Assembly (NCBI RefSeq): GCF_001194135.2
Contig: NC_068982.1
Span: forward strand, 51,522,987-51,586,986
Direction: 5' to 3'
Length of the DNA: 64,000 bases
Source: Octopus bimaculoides
Taxonomy: Eukaryota
Positions 11,241 to 22,949 of the stretch are shown here, piece by piece (positions within the stretch are counted from its first letter, which is position 1; every line of letters begins with the position of its first letter). The notes beneath the pieces are model-generated. The model made no database searches, was not told the DNA's origin, and saw only the letters and a program-made list of their open reading frames with translations. The position numbers were made by a program, and so were the translations under genes.

Positions 11241-12345
11241 ACAAGGTGTATCCAGAAGTTTTAAAACTTTTTCAGGAGCAACATTTATTAATTTCCATGA
11301 AGTACAAAACTCTAATCTCTTTGAAAGTAAGATCCTCTGATTTCAATGTGCTTATTGCAGTGCTCTAACCACTTTATGAAGGCCTCATGGAAGTCCTCCA
11401 AATTGAACATGTTCAAGACCCTTGTTACAGCCTCCTTCATGTTTTCAAAATGACTGCCTCCACTAAAGTTTTTCTTCAGCTTAGGGAACAGCCAAAAGTC
11501 ACAAGGAGCAAGGCCTGGACTGCAGGGAGAGTGAGGGACAGTTTTGATATCTATCTCTTTGAAGCAGTTGGTTACCAGAATGGAATTGTGGACAGGTGCA
11601 CTGTCTTAGTGCAGGTACCACTAACTAAAGTGAAAGAGTTCTGATCTTTTACATTGAAATCCCTTGCTGAACTCCCTCAAATCTTCCACAAAGTGTACTT
11701 TGTTGACTATCTGATCAGAGGAAACCCACTGGATGTAGATGATGCCCTTGCTGTCAAAATAGGGATCATCTTGAGCTTCCCAGTGGACTTGCTTTGCTTG
11801 ACCTTCTTGGATCTGTGAGAACAAGAGTGCTTCCATTGGGCACTCTCTCTTGATCTCTGAATCATAACGGTAGAACCAGCTTTTGCCACAGATCACTAGA
11901 GACTCAAGTACTCTTGGATTGGAGGTAATGAACTCAACCACCTCTCTGCTGTCACCAACTTTTCTTTCTTTCTCTTTTTCACTGAACATCCTGAGAATAA
12001 ACATTACACAAATTTTGCACTTGTTCAGATCCTCATGAATTATTCTTTCTATGTACAGCTGCTACACCAACTCCTGTATGCTTATTGTATTTAGGGACAG
12101 ACAATAGTCTTCGAGAAAGTTGCAAATTTTCTCAATAAGCTCTGATGTTTTGATGTCCCTCTTCCTCCCATCTATCATCATCTCTCACCTCCTCTACTGT
12201 TCTTGAATTTCTCGTGCCAGTGAAAAGCAGATGCTCAGCTCATACAAGTTAATCCATGAGTAATCTGGAGTATCTCAAAAGTTTTTGTCCAGTTTAGCAC
12301 AAAACTTTATTGCATAGCAAGCTTCCAGATAGCCTTCATATCCCA
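11241..12345 (-). pseudogene. Mariner (Mos1/Hsmar-like) transposase pseudogene, essentially full length
   Basis: Minus strand gives IKFCAKL, WHEKFK, IIHEDL, SWFYRYDSEIKRE, QWKH, DSAPVHNS, PHSPCSPGLAPCDFWLFPKLK and KWLEHCNKHIEIRGSYF, with stops and frameshifts. Left end TA|CAAGGTGTATCC. The right terminal repeat was not confidently identified. Confidence 0.9.
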
Positions 12346-13421
12346 ACCACATTCTGCAAACTAGTAGAATGTATTCAAAGTGCTGTTACAGATGTCTCCT
12401 TTGATCAGGAATAAAATATTGACAGGCCAGTTTATTAGGAATGAATAAATATATAAAACTCTAAACTGCAAAGATGTCTGTAGAAAAGCCCAAGAAAAAT
12501 AAAATTTCCTACTTTTTTTCAATGTTAATTTACTCCATAAGCAGGAGTTGATTGCAAAAGTTATTTTATCTCAACATGCAAGGAAAATTACAGTTTCTCC
12601 TTTTTGAGTCACAGAATGACAGAATAATTTCATTGACACTCCAGCATATTCATGACAATAATTCTAAGATTTTTGTAAACAAAACTGGTAGCTCTCACTT
12701 CTAGTGCCACTGTAAAGTAGTTGTTGGAAGAGCACCTTCATCATTTAACGTCTGCTTTCCATGCTGGCATGGGTTGGATGGCTTGACAGGAGTTGGTAAG
12801 GCCAAGGGCCAACCTGGTTCTATATTCTGTTATACAATTTTGAATGATTGGTTCAGAAAGGGAAATCATTCTGAAAAGCTTAGCTTTCTTTGAGTAAATA
12901 TAGACAAGAAATCATTTCAAGCTTCTCATGAAAATTATTCTTCATATGTTAAGAGTTAAATTTTCACATATGTGGATTAGTGCCACAAGAATGTTTTCAT
13001 CAGAAAATAGTTCTTGATGTTATAATGGCTAAAGATTTGTTGATCATTTGAGTTGGCACATCTGGAATTGATAACAAATTTGAAGTTTTGTGTTTAGAAG
13101 TATAAAATGAACTGATAGTGAGTAATTTTGGGGTGTCAAATTGATTCCTTTTTTGACATAGAATTTTGGTTGTTTACAATGTTTCAACTCATAATCTTAC
13201 TGCCTTTTGGATTTAAAAAAAAAAAAATCAGTTATTTTTTTAATTTAAGGAAGAACATATCTTAATTGTTTAAAATTTTGAAATCTTGGAAGAGAGAAGC
13301 TCCTGCTTCAATTTGGTTAACAAAATTAGGAAAAATGTCTTAAAAAAAGATATTGTAAATTTGACAAATCATCTGTGAAATTTAGAAATAAGGCTTTTCA
13401 GAATAAAATGTTTGTTTAATA

Positions 13422-13571
13422 AGGTATAGCTGTGTGGTCAGAAGCTTGCTTCCCAACCACATGGTTCAGTGCCACTGCATGGAACCTTGAGCAAGTGTCT
13501 TCTACTATAGCCTCAGGCTAACCAAAGCCTTGTCTGTGAATTTGGTAGACAGAAACTGAAAGAAGTCCATC

Positions 13572-13616
<45 letters not shown>

Positions 13617-13860
13617 AAAATGTGTGTGTGTGTGTGTGTGAGACAGAGAGAAAGTGAGTGAGTGTGTGTGTGTGTCTTTGTGTTTCCCCCAAATCACCGG
13701 TGTTGGTGTGTTTATGTCCCTGTAACTTAGCGGTTTGGCAAAAGAGAGCAATAGAATAAGTACTCAGCTTTAAAAAATGGGGTCAATTTATTTGATTAAA
13801 ACCCTTAAAGGCAGTGCTTCAGTATGACCACAGTCAAATGACTGGAACAAGTAAAAGAGT
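13422..13860 (+). mobile_element. SINE family A copy, near complete, internal (GT)n(TA)n
   Basis: Head GCTGTGTGGTCAGAAGCTTGCTTCCCAACCACATGGTTC and tail GAACAAGTAAAAGAG. Confidence 0.9.
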
Positions 13861-16703
13861 AATACTGCTTGTATCCCAATTTCAGAATAAATATACTGAC
13901 TCTGCACAGTATAAGGAACTAAATTGGTTGGCAACAGAAAAATCATCAGGCATTCAAAGAAAATGATGATCTTGGCATGAATATTGGTTGATAAATAGTT
14001 GAAATTAAAGACTTTTTTTATTGCTTTAATCTCATAAAACTAGGTTAGTTATTTGGATTTTACTTTTTTAATTTCGGGTCTTATACCATATTTGTATATA
14101 ATATACTTTTGAGTTGGTTTCTGGTCTCATATTTGATTATTTGGATTATTTGAAACATATTTCTTGATATCTGTATATGAAATGAAACCTCAGCAGAGCT
14201 TATATAACTCTTTAAGATGACTTTGTATTCTCTACTAAAATCAAAAATTACCATTTTCTTTCTTTTTTTTTTTCTTTGCTTAGTAAACTCTTATTCAAAA
14301 GTAAATCATACAACATTGATACTGCTGTCGGTAAAAACAAACACAGATATTGATTGACTTCGTTGAAGTCCAAGGCAAAAGCTAGTGTAACAACTAATAG
14401 TTTGCAAATGAAGTTTCAATTTGTTGTGATACTTTCAAGTTTTAAACTTCTGCAACTTTTATACATTGCTTCAACTATGAAAATCAAATAATTGCCATTC
14501 ACAAAGAATATGAATAACTTCTGATGTTTGAAAAAATTTATTTGCTTTTAGATTAAACAAAATTGAAGAAATCAACTAATTGCAAATATATGAAATTGCT
14601 ACTGGTAAATGAAAATCAGTTTTCTATTAATTACTTGTAGGGACACCATATTTCGCTATGCAACCATAGTATACTACAATAGTGTTACACTGTTATATTT
14701 AGTAACTAGTTAAGCAATGAGTTTGTAGATGGTTAATGGGTTGGATGTGGTGCTGAAGACAGGGCAAGAAATCCTGAAATATGTATATACACCAATTACT
14801 TATTTTTCCATCTTCAATCACATTGTTTACATTAGGTGTATTTGTATATGAAACATATCAGATCAATGCTGGTTTCAATTTCTACAGAAAATCTGAAGAG
14901 ATAACCTTAAAAAGTTATTAGTTTTCTAATATTTCTTCATAAAAGATATGGCACTAGTAATCCCATGAACTGTAGTGTTTTCCAGTGAACAACAGTTCAA
15001 TATTTTATAAATTCTATTTATTGTAAGATATTACTAGCTTTTATTCACACCAAACTATAAATTTTATATTCACTCTATAATACATGGTATTTATATTTAT
15101 GTTTGTACAGTATTTTGCATTTCCAGCATCCTCAAGACCATTCAACACTTCATTTTGATGAGACAATAAACTTTTTCTGATTAGCCTGTTGTATAATTCC
15201 TTTGCTTCCTCAGCAATTATTATTTGGCAGTTATTATCATCTTCCTGAATTACAGACAGTCTCTTTTGTTCCATCTATCTCTTTACACTCTATGCTTCTA
15301 CACCTGACAGTGAATGATGGTTCTTTTTCTCTAAAACTGCTTTTCTCTAAACTTTTGGAAATTATTGATTTGTCCTCATCATTGTCATCATTTTTAACAC
15401 TCTCTGCACTTTTTGTTCTAGATTTTTTCTTAACACACACACACACACACACACATACATATGTATATATATCTTGTGTGATTTACACGTCCTTTCCAAG
15501 TGATTTTTTTTTCTTCATATATTTAATTTATTATTGATCTGTTGCCATATTCTGTCTACTATTCACTATCTTTGAAATCTTATTTTTCACGCATATAGTA
15601 AAGTACCTAAGAACACTGTATTATCTTCTACTTTGAAATTCAGTGGCAACCTAACAACAGTTGTAAAGAATATCTTCATCTTGGCTCTCAACTTCCAGAC
15701 TTCAATAATACATGCTATTTATTACTACATTTTTTTTAATGTATATATCTCTTTTTAGTCTATCTACTAGCATAAATGTAGACACTTCAGTCAATTTAAT
15801 TTGCAACAGATGGATAATGTTAATAATAATAATAATTTTGTGGGAAAACAACTTGCTTTGATATTGGTATAACACAAGCAATTTAATATAGAAAGGTTTT
15901 TTCTAATTTTGCAAATCAATGTTTATAGGTATCAGTTACCTTTTGATATACTTCACACTATGTGACATTGATATGCACAAATGTGTATTTATGTGTGTAT
16001 ATTTATACAACAGGCTTCCATCCAGTTTGTTTAGTAAATTTTATGAAAGGCACATTTTTGTAAATTCATGAAACATTGTTCAACCTATGGCTTGAGTAGA
16101 AGATACTTGCTCAAGGTGCAGCACTGTGATTTTGAACTAAGAAAAATGTGCTTGATAAAGACAGGTTTCTTTATAGTTGTGAATAATTTCCAACCAAATT
16201 TGCAAGTGGAATGTAATGCAGCCTTCTTGGGTACTTTACTACAAGCAGCAAATCAAACTTCAAAATGGTAAACGAACTATCAAAATTAATTGTTTTATAT
16301 TCTATATATTCCTTGCTCTTAAACAAGCTGACAAGACAATCTTTTTTCAATTGCATATAAATAATTTAGGCTTTATAGGGTTGTAAATTTAGGCTTTATA
16401 TACTTGTAAATATTTGACATTTAAGACATCAATATCTTGGATATAATTCCTCTTCTCATTTTGCAATTGGGATCAACTTTTGTTGACTTTAAACCACAAA
16501 ACTTTTGGTAACAAAACTGCTTATTACAGACTTGTTCATTGATTCTTAGTATATAAAATGGCAAGGCTGAATTGCATTTTATATTATGTAGATAGTTTTG
16601 TTTCAGAAACTTGTATTGAATTTCTCTTAAATGCTTTTGCAGATATTTTTGGAATTTGGTATGAATTAAATATAAAACTTTAAACCCAAATTGATCATTG
16701 ATA

Positions 16704-16788
16704 TTTCATTATTTGCTTACTTTGATAATGGTTTGGTTGACTTTTCATTATTTGCTTACTTTGATAATGGTTTGGTTGACTTTTCATT
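16704..16788. repeat. Perfect 39-bp tandem duplication (2.2 copies)
   Basis: TTTCATTATTTGCTTACTTTGATAATGGTTTGGTTGACT is repeated exactly. Confidence 0.95.
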
Positions 16789-18497
16789 GGTAAGCATGTC
16801 TATTTTCAAAAATATTCCTTTTGTTAGGAAGGGCATCCAGCCGCAGAAACAGACATTGGAGCTCAACAGTCCTCTGACTTGTTAGGTCCTGTCAAACTGT
16901 TCAACCCCTTCCAGTATGGGATATGAATGTTTAATAATGATGATTCTTTGTATTAATGATGACAGATCTGTATTTATCTAGATTTATTGTTATATGAACA
17001 ATTTATTGCAGTGCTTTAGGTTCAAGCTCTTAGTTCTGAAAATGTTAACTGTATTTGATAACAAATTATATTTTGATAACAGACAGCTATGTAACTGTTG
17101 CAGGTAAATATAAAGTATTGTGAGAATGTTCTTTAGGATTTTAAAATCAAAGACTTGTTACATAAAACCTATAGAGTAATCTATTTTTTATCTTTCTTTT
17201 TTTTATCTCCATCTTCATTGTCTTCAGATATGGGGTGTAAATGAATCTGCAGAACTGTTTCTTTTTATGGCTCCTAATTCTGTATCTAATCTCTAATACA
17301 GGAATCTTTTATCTATCTCATTCTCCATCTATGTATTCATGCCTATATATCTTTAAACAATACATTTTGTTATCTAGTTATCACTATCATGTATTTTCAG
17401 CTATTCAATCTCAAGTTTTGGGGTTTTCTTTCTTAAATTGATTTTTGTCTTCTATTGCACTGATACTCATTGCGTTTCATGAATCAGAGATATACATTTT
17501 TCTTTAAAAGGGAAAAGAATTCCTTTTTCTTTTTTTTTTTTTTTTTTTTTTTTTGGACACAATTTTTTTATATTCAAAAGAAAACTTTCCCTAGTATCAA
17601 GCCATAGTGACATATGCATAAATATTAAACTTCTTATTGACCATATCACTTACATCAAAATTTATGAAAGTATCTCAACATTACATATCACAAGCAATCT
17701 GGAATTAAATTACTCCTTGATCTGCTTTCACAGCTTAGATTAAAAGTAGATTTGAAGTTAATTGTTGCCCTAATTGCATAGAATAACACTTTCATCTATT
17801 ATACAATGAAGTGAAATACAAAACAAAATTTGATAAATTTGCTGACTGATGTCAACTTCTGTAGACTTTAATCATAAAATTTAGGTTTTTTATTTTTTTT
17901 ATATACAATAGCTTAACAAATTTATGCCTACTAAACTAATTTCCCACCCTGTCTATTTAATGTTTAAACTACCTGTTTGTAAAATTAATTCTACATCTTC
18001 TTTAAATGTTCCTTCATTATATAACTTGCTTTTTAATTAATGATGCACTAAACATTGTTCCATAATCTGAAATATATAGTAAGATAGTATATATAATGAT
18101 ATATTATACAAATTTTAACCAATGCTATGACGTGTAATTAGATAGAAAAAGAATTGGCCAACTAGTTTCTACTAATTGTAAACTTCATCAGGGATGATGT
18201 ACCCTTTCAATCTCTTCACACAGAGAGGGAAATATAGCTATTTAGTCATTTGTTCAGTGTACCATTAATTGAATGACTATGTAGCCAGCAAAAATGTTGT
18301 TATGCAAATCAGATTTACTGTTTTTACCAAAATTAGAATATATTGTAATTATAAATATGTGCTATATTTCTGTGTGAGCAGACTGAACAAATGTGTTCCT
18401 CTTGTATTTGATTACATATCAATGATGTCTTAAACCTGTATTGTTTACCCTTTGATATACCTACAATATATTTCAGATTAAACTTTTTTTTTTATCT

Positions 18498-18599
18498 ATG
18501 GTTGCTTTGGTAGTTAATGTATTAAAACTGAAACAATACAGAGAAGATTAGCATAGCCCTTGTGCGAAAATAACACATTCATAAAGCATTTCATATTTT
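18498..18599 (+). pseudogene. U6: Full-length degenerate U6 snRNA pseudogene
   Basis: Collinear with U6 from 5' stem to ...CATATTTT end. The core ATACAGAGAAGATTAGCAT (ACAGAGA box and AGC triad) is identical. Elsewhere there are many C>T and G>A changes and a short deletion. No TATA box is visible upstream. Confidence 0.9.
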
Positions 18600-18600
18600 C

Positions 18601-19212
18601 AGGCTCGGGCATGGTTGTGTGGTTAAGAAGCTTGTTTTCAAACCATGTAGTCTTGATTTCAATCCCATTGTGGGGCACTTTGGACAACCGCTTTCTACTA
18701 TGGCCCCAGACTGACCAAAGTCTTATGAGTGGATTTGGGAAGATGTGTGTGTGTGTGTATATATATATACATATATATATTATACAAGGATGTTATTGAC
18801 AGTCACTTCGAAGTTTCATCCAGCTAAGTCAATGATGGTTTAACTGGCTGAAACTTCGATGTCATTGTCAACAACACTTTTGTATAAGAATAAATAAATT
18901 TATACTCTGCAAACGTAGAGTAATACATCAGATTAATGTTAAATTGTTTTTATTATAATTGAACATAAAAATAATATGAATGTGTGTGCATTGTATGTAC
19001 CTTTCTTTTGACATCATGTAATAATTGTAAATGAGTATCACCATCATACGAACAATGCTGTTCGTTTCTTGTCTTCTATGGGGGAAATATTTACCTTATT
19101 TAGAAGCCAGTAAGAATTGGAAATAGGAAAGGCATCCAGCCATAAGAAATCTGGTTTAACAAATTCCTTCTAACCCATGAAGTATGGAAAAATATAAGTG
19201 AAAAGATAATGA
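18601..19212 (+). mobile_element. SINE with family-A head, microsatellite and family-E body with RTE-like tail; carries a nested mini-MITE
   Basis: Head GGCATGGTTGTGTGGTTAAGAAGC. Body GACATCATGTAATAATTGTAAATGAGTATCACCATCATAC and tail match the 25394-25755 copy. Confidence 0.75.
18781..18886. mobile_element. Palindromic ~105-bp mariner-type mini-element
   Basis: Left arm TATACAAGGATGTTATTGACAGTCACTTCGAAGTTTCATCCAGCT matches the reverse complement of the right arm at 36 of 45 positions. It has TA ends and sits in a (TA)n tract. Confidence 0.8.
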
Positions 19213-20967
19213 AATGGTAAATTAGATTGAAATTTCAGTTATTCAATTTTCTATCAAAAAATGCCATTAAAAGTAATATACTGAAATAGAAATAATAGAC
19301 TGCTTAATATTAAAATATAGACTTTTGGAAAATGATATTGGTTTTCTTGTAATACTAGTAAGTTGGGTGCACCAGACTAAAGCCTCCCTGTGTTTCCAGA
19401 GATTACTTATCTGTACCTGGAAATTTTCTTCTAAATGCAAGGATCTGGATAAAATGTTTTGTGGAAGAGTGGTTGCATGCTCATTCAGCAAGTTTCTTCT
19501 CTACTTGCCACTAATGTTATCCTAGGGAAAACAAGGCTAGTAAAGCTTGGCAACAGTGTCATCACAAATATTAGAGGCAGACTAGAGCCAGAACATAAGT
19601 CAAGATATCCTACCGACTACTCTAACGATCTTACCAATCCCACCATCTTGAACTGGCACTTGATTTATCAATCAAAACGGATTAAAGGTGAAGTTGACTT
19701 TGGTAGAAATTTGGACTCAGAATGGAGAGAGCTAAAGCAAACACTGAAAACATTCTGATTCTCTGAATTTGCCTATTCACTTCTTTGGATACACTATCTT
19801 TCTTATTAAATACTCATTTCTAATTACAAACTACTTGTTAATTACTGAAGTGGTAGGTAGTATCTTTAAAATTTTGTTTAACTGCTAGTTTTTTTTGTTT
19901 TTTTTTTTAAATCTTTGTGCTACAGCTTCCTGAATTTAATATTCAATGAACTAGTTATTGCCAAGAAATTGTTTCTGTTGCTAAATTTTCATCTTAAAAA
20001 GGAAGTCTTGTCTTGAAGTAACACATCATGAGGCGTCAGAACAACATACACACCAGGAAATAAGTTTCCTATAAAAAAAAACCTTGCACAGATTTAATTA
20101 TTTTATATATTATAATTGATTTAATTAATCAGCACTGTGTGTATATATGTGTGCAGATACATGCAATTCAATAGCTAAATTGCATCGTCGGGAGCAAAAT
20201 GTCTCCTCCAAGTTAGTTTTAATCATGACTTACTAAACTGCTTGGCTTCTATAAACAAATATTACTATTTTTCACCCCACATGCAAACAAGCAGCTTATT
20301 TAGAATCTTTTTATCCTGTTTCATCTCTCAAATATACTTTGTTATCAGCATAAGTTTTATTTTGCACCAATTGTCTGTCTGTCCTTGAAATTCTGTTATA
20401 AATATCAGCCAAATAAATGATACAACCATGTTTTTTTTTTTTCTGTCTAAGAAATCTGTCGCTGTTGTAGACTGCTGCAATTACTCTGATTGTCTTAAAG
20501 AATGGTTCGCATTAAATTTATCGTAATTTTGTTTTAATCTCTTTATTTTAAAAGTGTACTTAGTGATTGTTCAGCAAGTTTTTCATTTTCAAAAAAAATT
20601 TGTATGTAAAACCGTCACTTTTAATTTAATCACAATTTAGTTTTAAAACACTTGCCCGGTTATATTTCCTTGCCATATCAGTATGGATACCCAAGTTATT
20701 ACTCAGTCTATATTTTAAACTCTAATTTATTACACTGTATATTGTTTTACTCTGCATCTTTCAAAGGGAAAAGGTTGAGATAAGCTATAGAATATGAAGG
20801 GAAATTGTCAGGTTAATCTTTACAATGTTTTGGTAACTTTATATAATTTAATCAGTCCTTAATTTTGGAGCTAAATGTATTGCATGTAACAAGTTAAAAA
20901 ATGTCTTGGTATATATATATATATATCTATATATNNNNNNNNNNATATATATATATATATATTTGTA

Positions 20968-21355
20968 TATAAAACCACAAGTATGGCCACATGGTTTAAA
21001 AGTTTATTGCAGACACATGGTTCCAGATTTCATCCTACTATACAGTACCTTAAGCAAGTATGTTCTATTTGAGGTTGAACAAAGCCTTAAGAGTAAAATT
21101 TAATATCGATTAAAACTACAGAAGCACATCTGTGTGTGTATTAGCATAGGATGAGCAGAATCAGTGTGGTGAATAAAAATACCTTCTAGAATTTTGATTC
21201 ATCAGTCATCTACCCTTTATGTCATAACTGACTTATTTGTCTTTTACATGGTTGATAAAATAAGTATCAGGTAAAGCAATAGCATTGATCTAAACTAAAA
21301 CCTTTGAAGGCAGTACCCCAGCATGGTTGGAATCCAGTGACCAGAACCAATAAAA
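20968..21355 (+). mobile_element. SINE family A copy, degenerate
   Basis: Contains CACATGGTTCCAGATTTCATCC, CCTTAAGCAAGT, TGATAAAATAAGTATCAGG and CCCCAGCATGG. Confidence 0.7.
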
Positions 21356-22725
21356 TGTTGTTGTTCCTTTCTATATTATTTCTAGCAATATAATTGATAT
21401 TTCAAATTTTTATACACAAGCTCTCTTCGATTATTAAACTACACAGCATGCCTGGAGGATACTCATTTCTGACAGTTAAGCAAGTTTTAAAATGTTGAAC
21501 TTACTGCTAATATTTTTCAAATGTTTAAAAAATTTCAGAAAAAGAACACATTTGCAGTATCTCATATGAAAATAAAATAATGAAGATAACGGCAAATCTT
21601 TTCTAATGTAATTGAGAATCCAGTAGCTTACAAGCCATAAGTTTTGCTACTGGGCCTGTTTGTTTTGTCTATCACTGGTGCTTATAAATGTCTTAATATC
21701 AAGTTTCTATGTCTGTTTTCAATAGACTTAGTTGATACAGTTGAATAAATGATATGAAGAATTATTTAAAATAATTAGAATTAAAAAAATAACTCAAAAA
21801 CATTAGCATTTGAAAGCCATTGGTTAGATATTAAACTTTGGTTTAACTTTTAAAAGTTTGGACATTTAAAAATCAACTATTTTTGGAACAAAAGTCTCAG
21901 TTGGATGAATTCATAAAATGCTGATTTATCAAAGAAACACTTATTTTTTCACTAGCATCAGTTATGCTCTGTATAGATTCCAGGCAAAGATACTTTAATA
22001 TCTTTGTTCACTTAGCTGTATGTTAATATCCTATAAAAGTACAGTTCATTTCTGTAAGCATTAAGGCATCATGAAATTGATATTAGGTTAATTAGCAGTA
22101 ACGAGCACAAATTTTCCAAAACCTAGAAAATATAACCACACTCCAAGAATACATTAATATTCAGTAAATGTTTGAATTTTGGATGTATTGATGTAGGCCA
22201 GACAGAGTCATCTGATAGGAAGTTTGTTTTTTGAGCATGTGGTTTCAAGCAACTTGTGCAAGGTTTCTACTCTGCCTTGGGTCATCTGCTTTAACACCTA
22301 CTGCTTGACCCTTGGCTATCTTTAGAAGAGTTCATCCTGCAACAAGTATTCAGACCAAATTATGAAGTCATAATTTTGTCTTCCCACTCCCCACTATTCT
22401 TGGAAGCTCTGCAAATGTTTATGGATGGCGCCCTTCTTTGATTAAACCATAAAATAAAATATTTTCCCAATGACAACTATCAATCTGATGTCATTAAATA
22501 ATACAAGAAACTAATTTTCATTTTCCTATTATGGAAGTTAAATTTTAAATTAATAAACAGCTTACAATAGTCTCCCTTACCCCCACCCCCAGTAAATCAA
22601 ATTACACTTCATAAAGGAATTGTGTTTTCATTAACACTAATGTTTGTTTTTACCTTGGTAACTGCTCCGTTTCATTTTGAAAACCAATTTCAATGCATTC
22701 ACCTTAGACAATATGCTGCAACTAT

Positions 22726-22949
22726 TTAACCCTTTGGCATTCAGCTTACTCTGTCAAATGTAATGCTTATTTATTCACATTGTTTTGGAATTAATCATAC
22801 ATTATCTTGTAGCTTCAAGATTTCAATGATGTGAATGTTTATTTTTTTAGAATGACATTAGGTGTGAGAGGCCAGATCTGGTCAGCTTGAACATAAAACG
22901 GATAGAATATTTTGGCTGGATATGGCCGGTTTAAATGCTAAAAAGTTAA
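22726..22949 (+). mobile_element. piggyBac-type MITE family P1
   Basis: Runs TTAA|CCCTTTGGCATT to AATGCTAAAAAG|TTAA and is collinear with 6240-6468. Confidence 0.85.

Noticed and set aside
11387-11644. 85-aa + strand ORF
   Set aside because: It is the antisense shadow of the mariner transposase.
18498-18599. Functional U6 gene
   Set aside because: Many substitutions disrupt the stems, there is a deletion, and no upstream TATA box is evident.
19396-19510. Coding-like stretch DYLSVPGNFLLNARIWIKCFVEEWLHAH
   Set aside because: No good donor site, and only vague resemblance to transposase motifs, so it cannot be supported as either.
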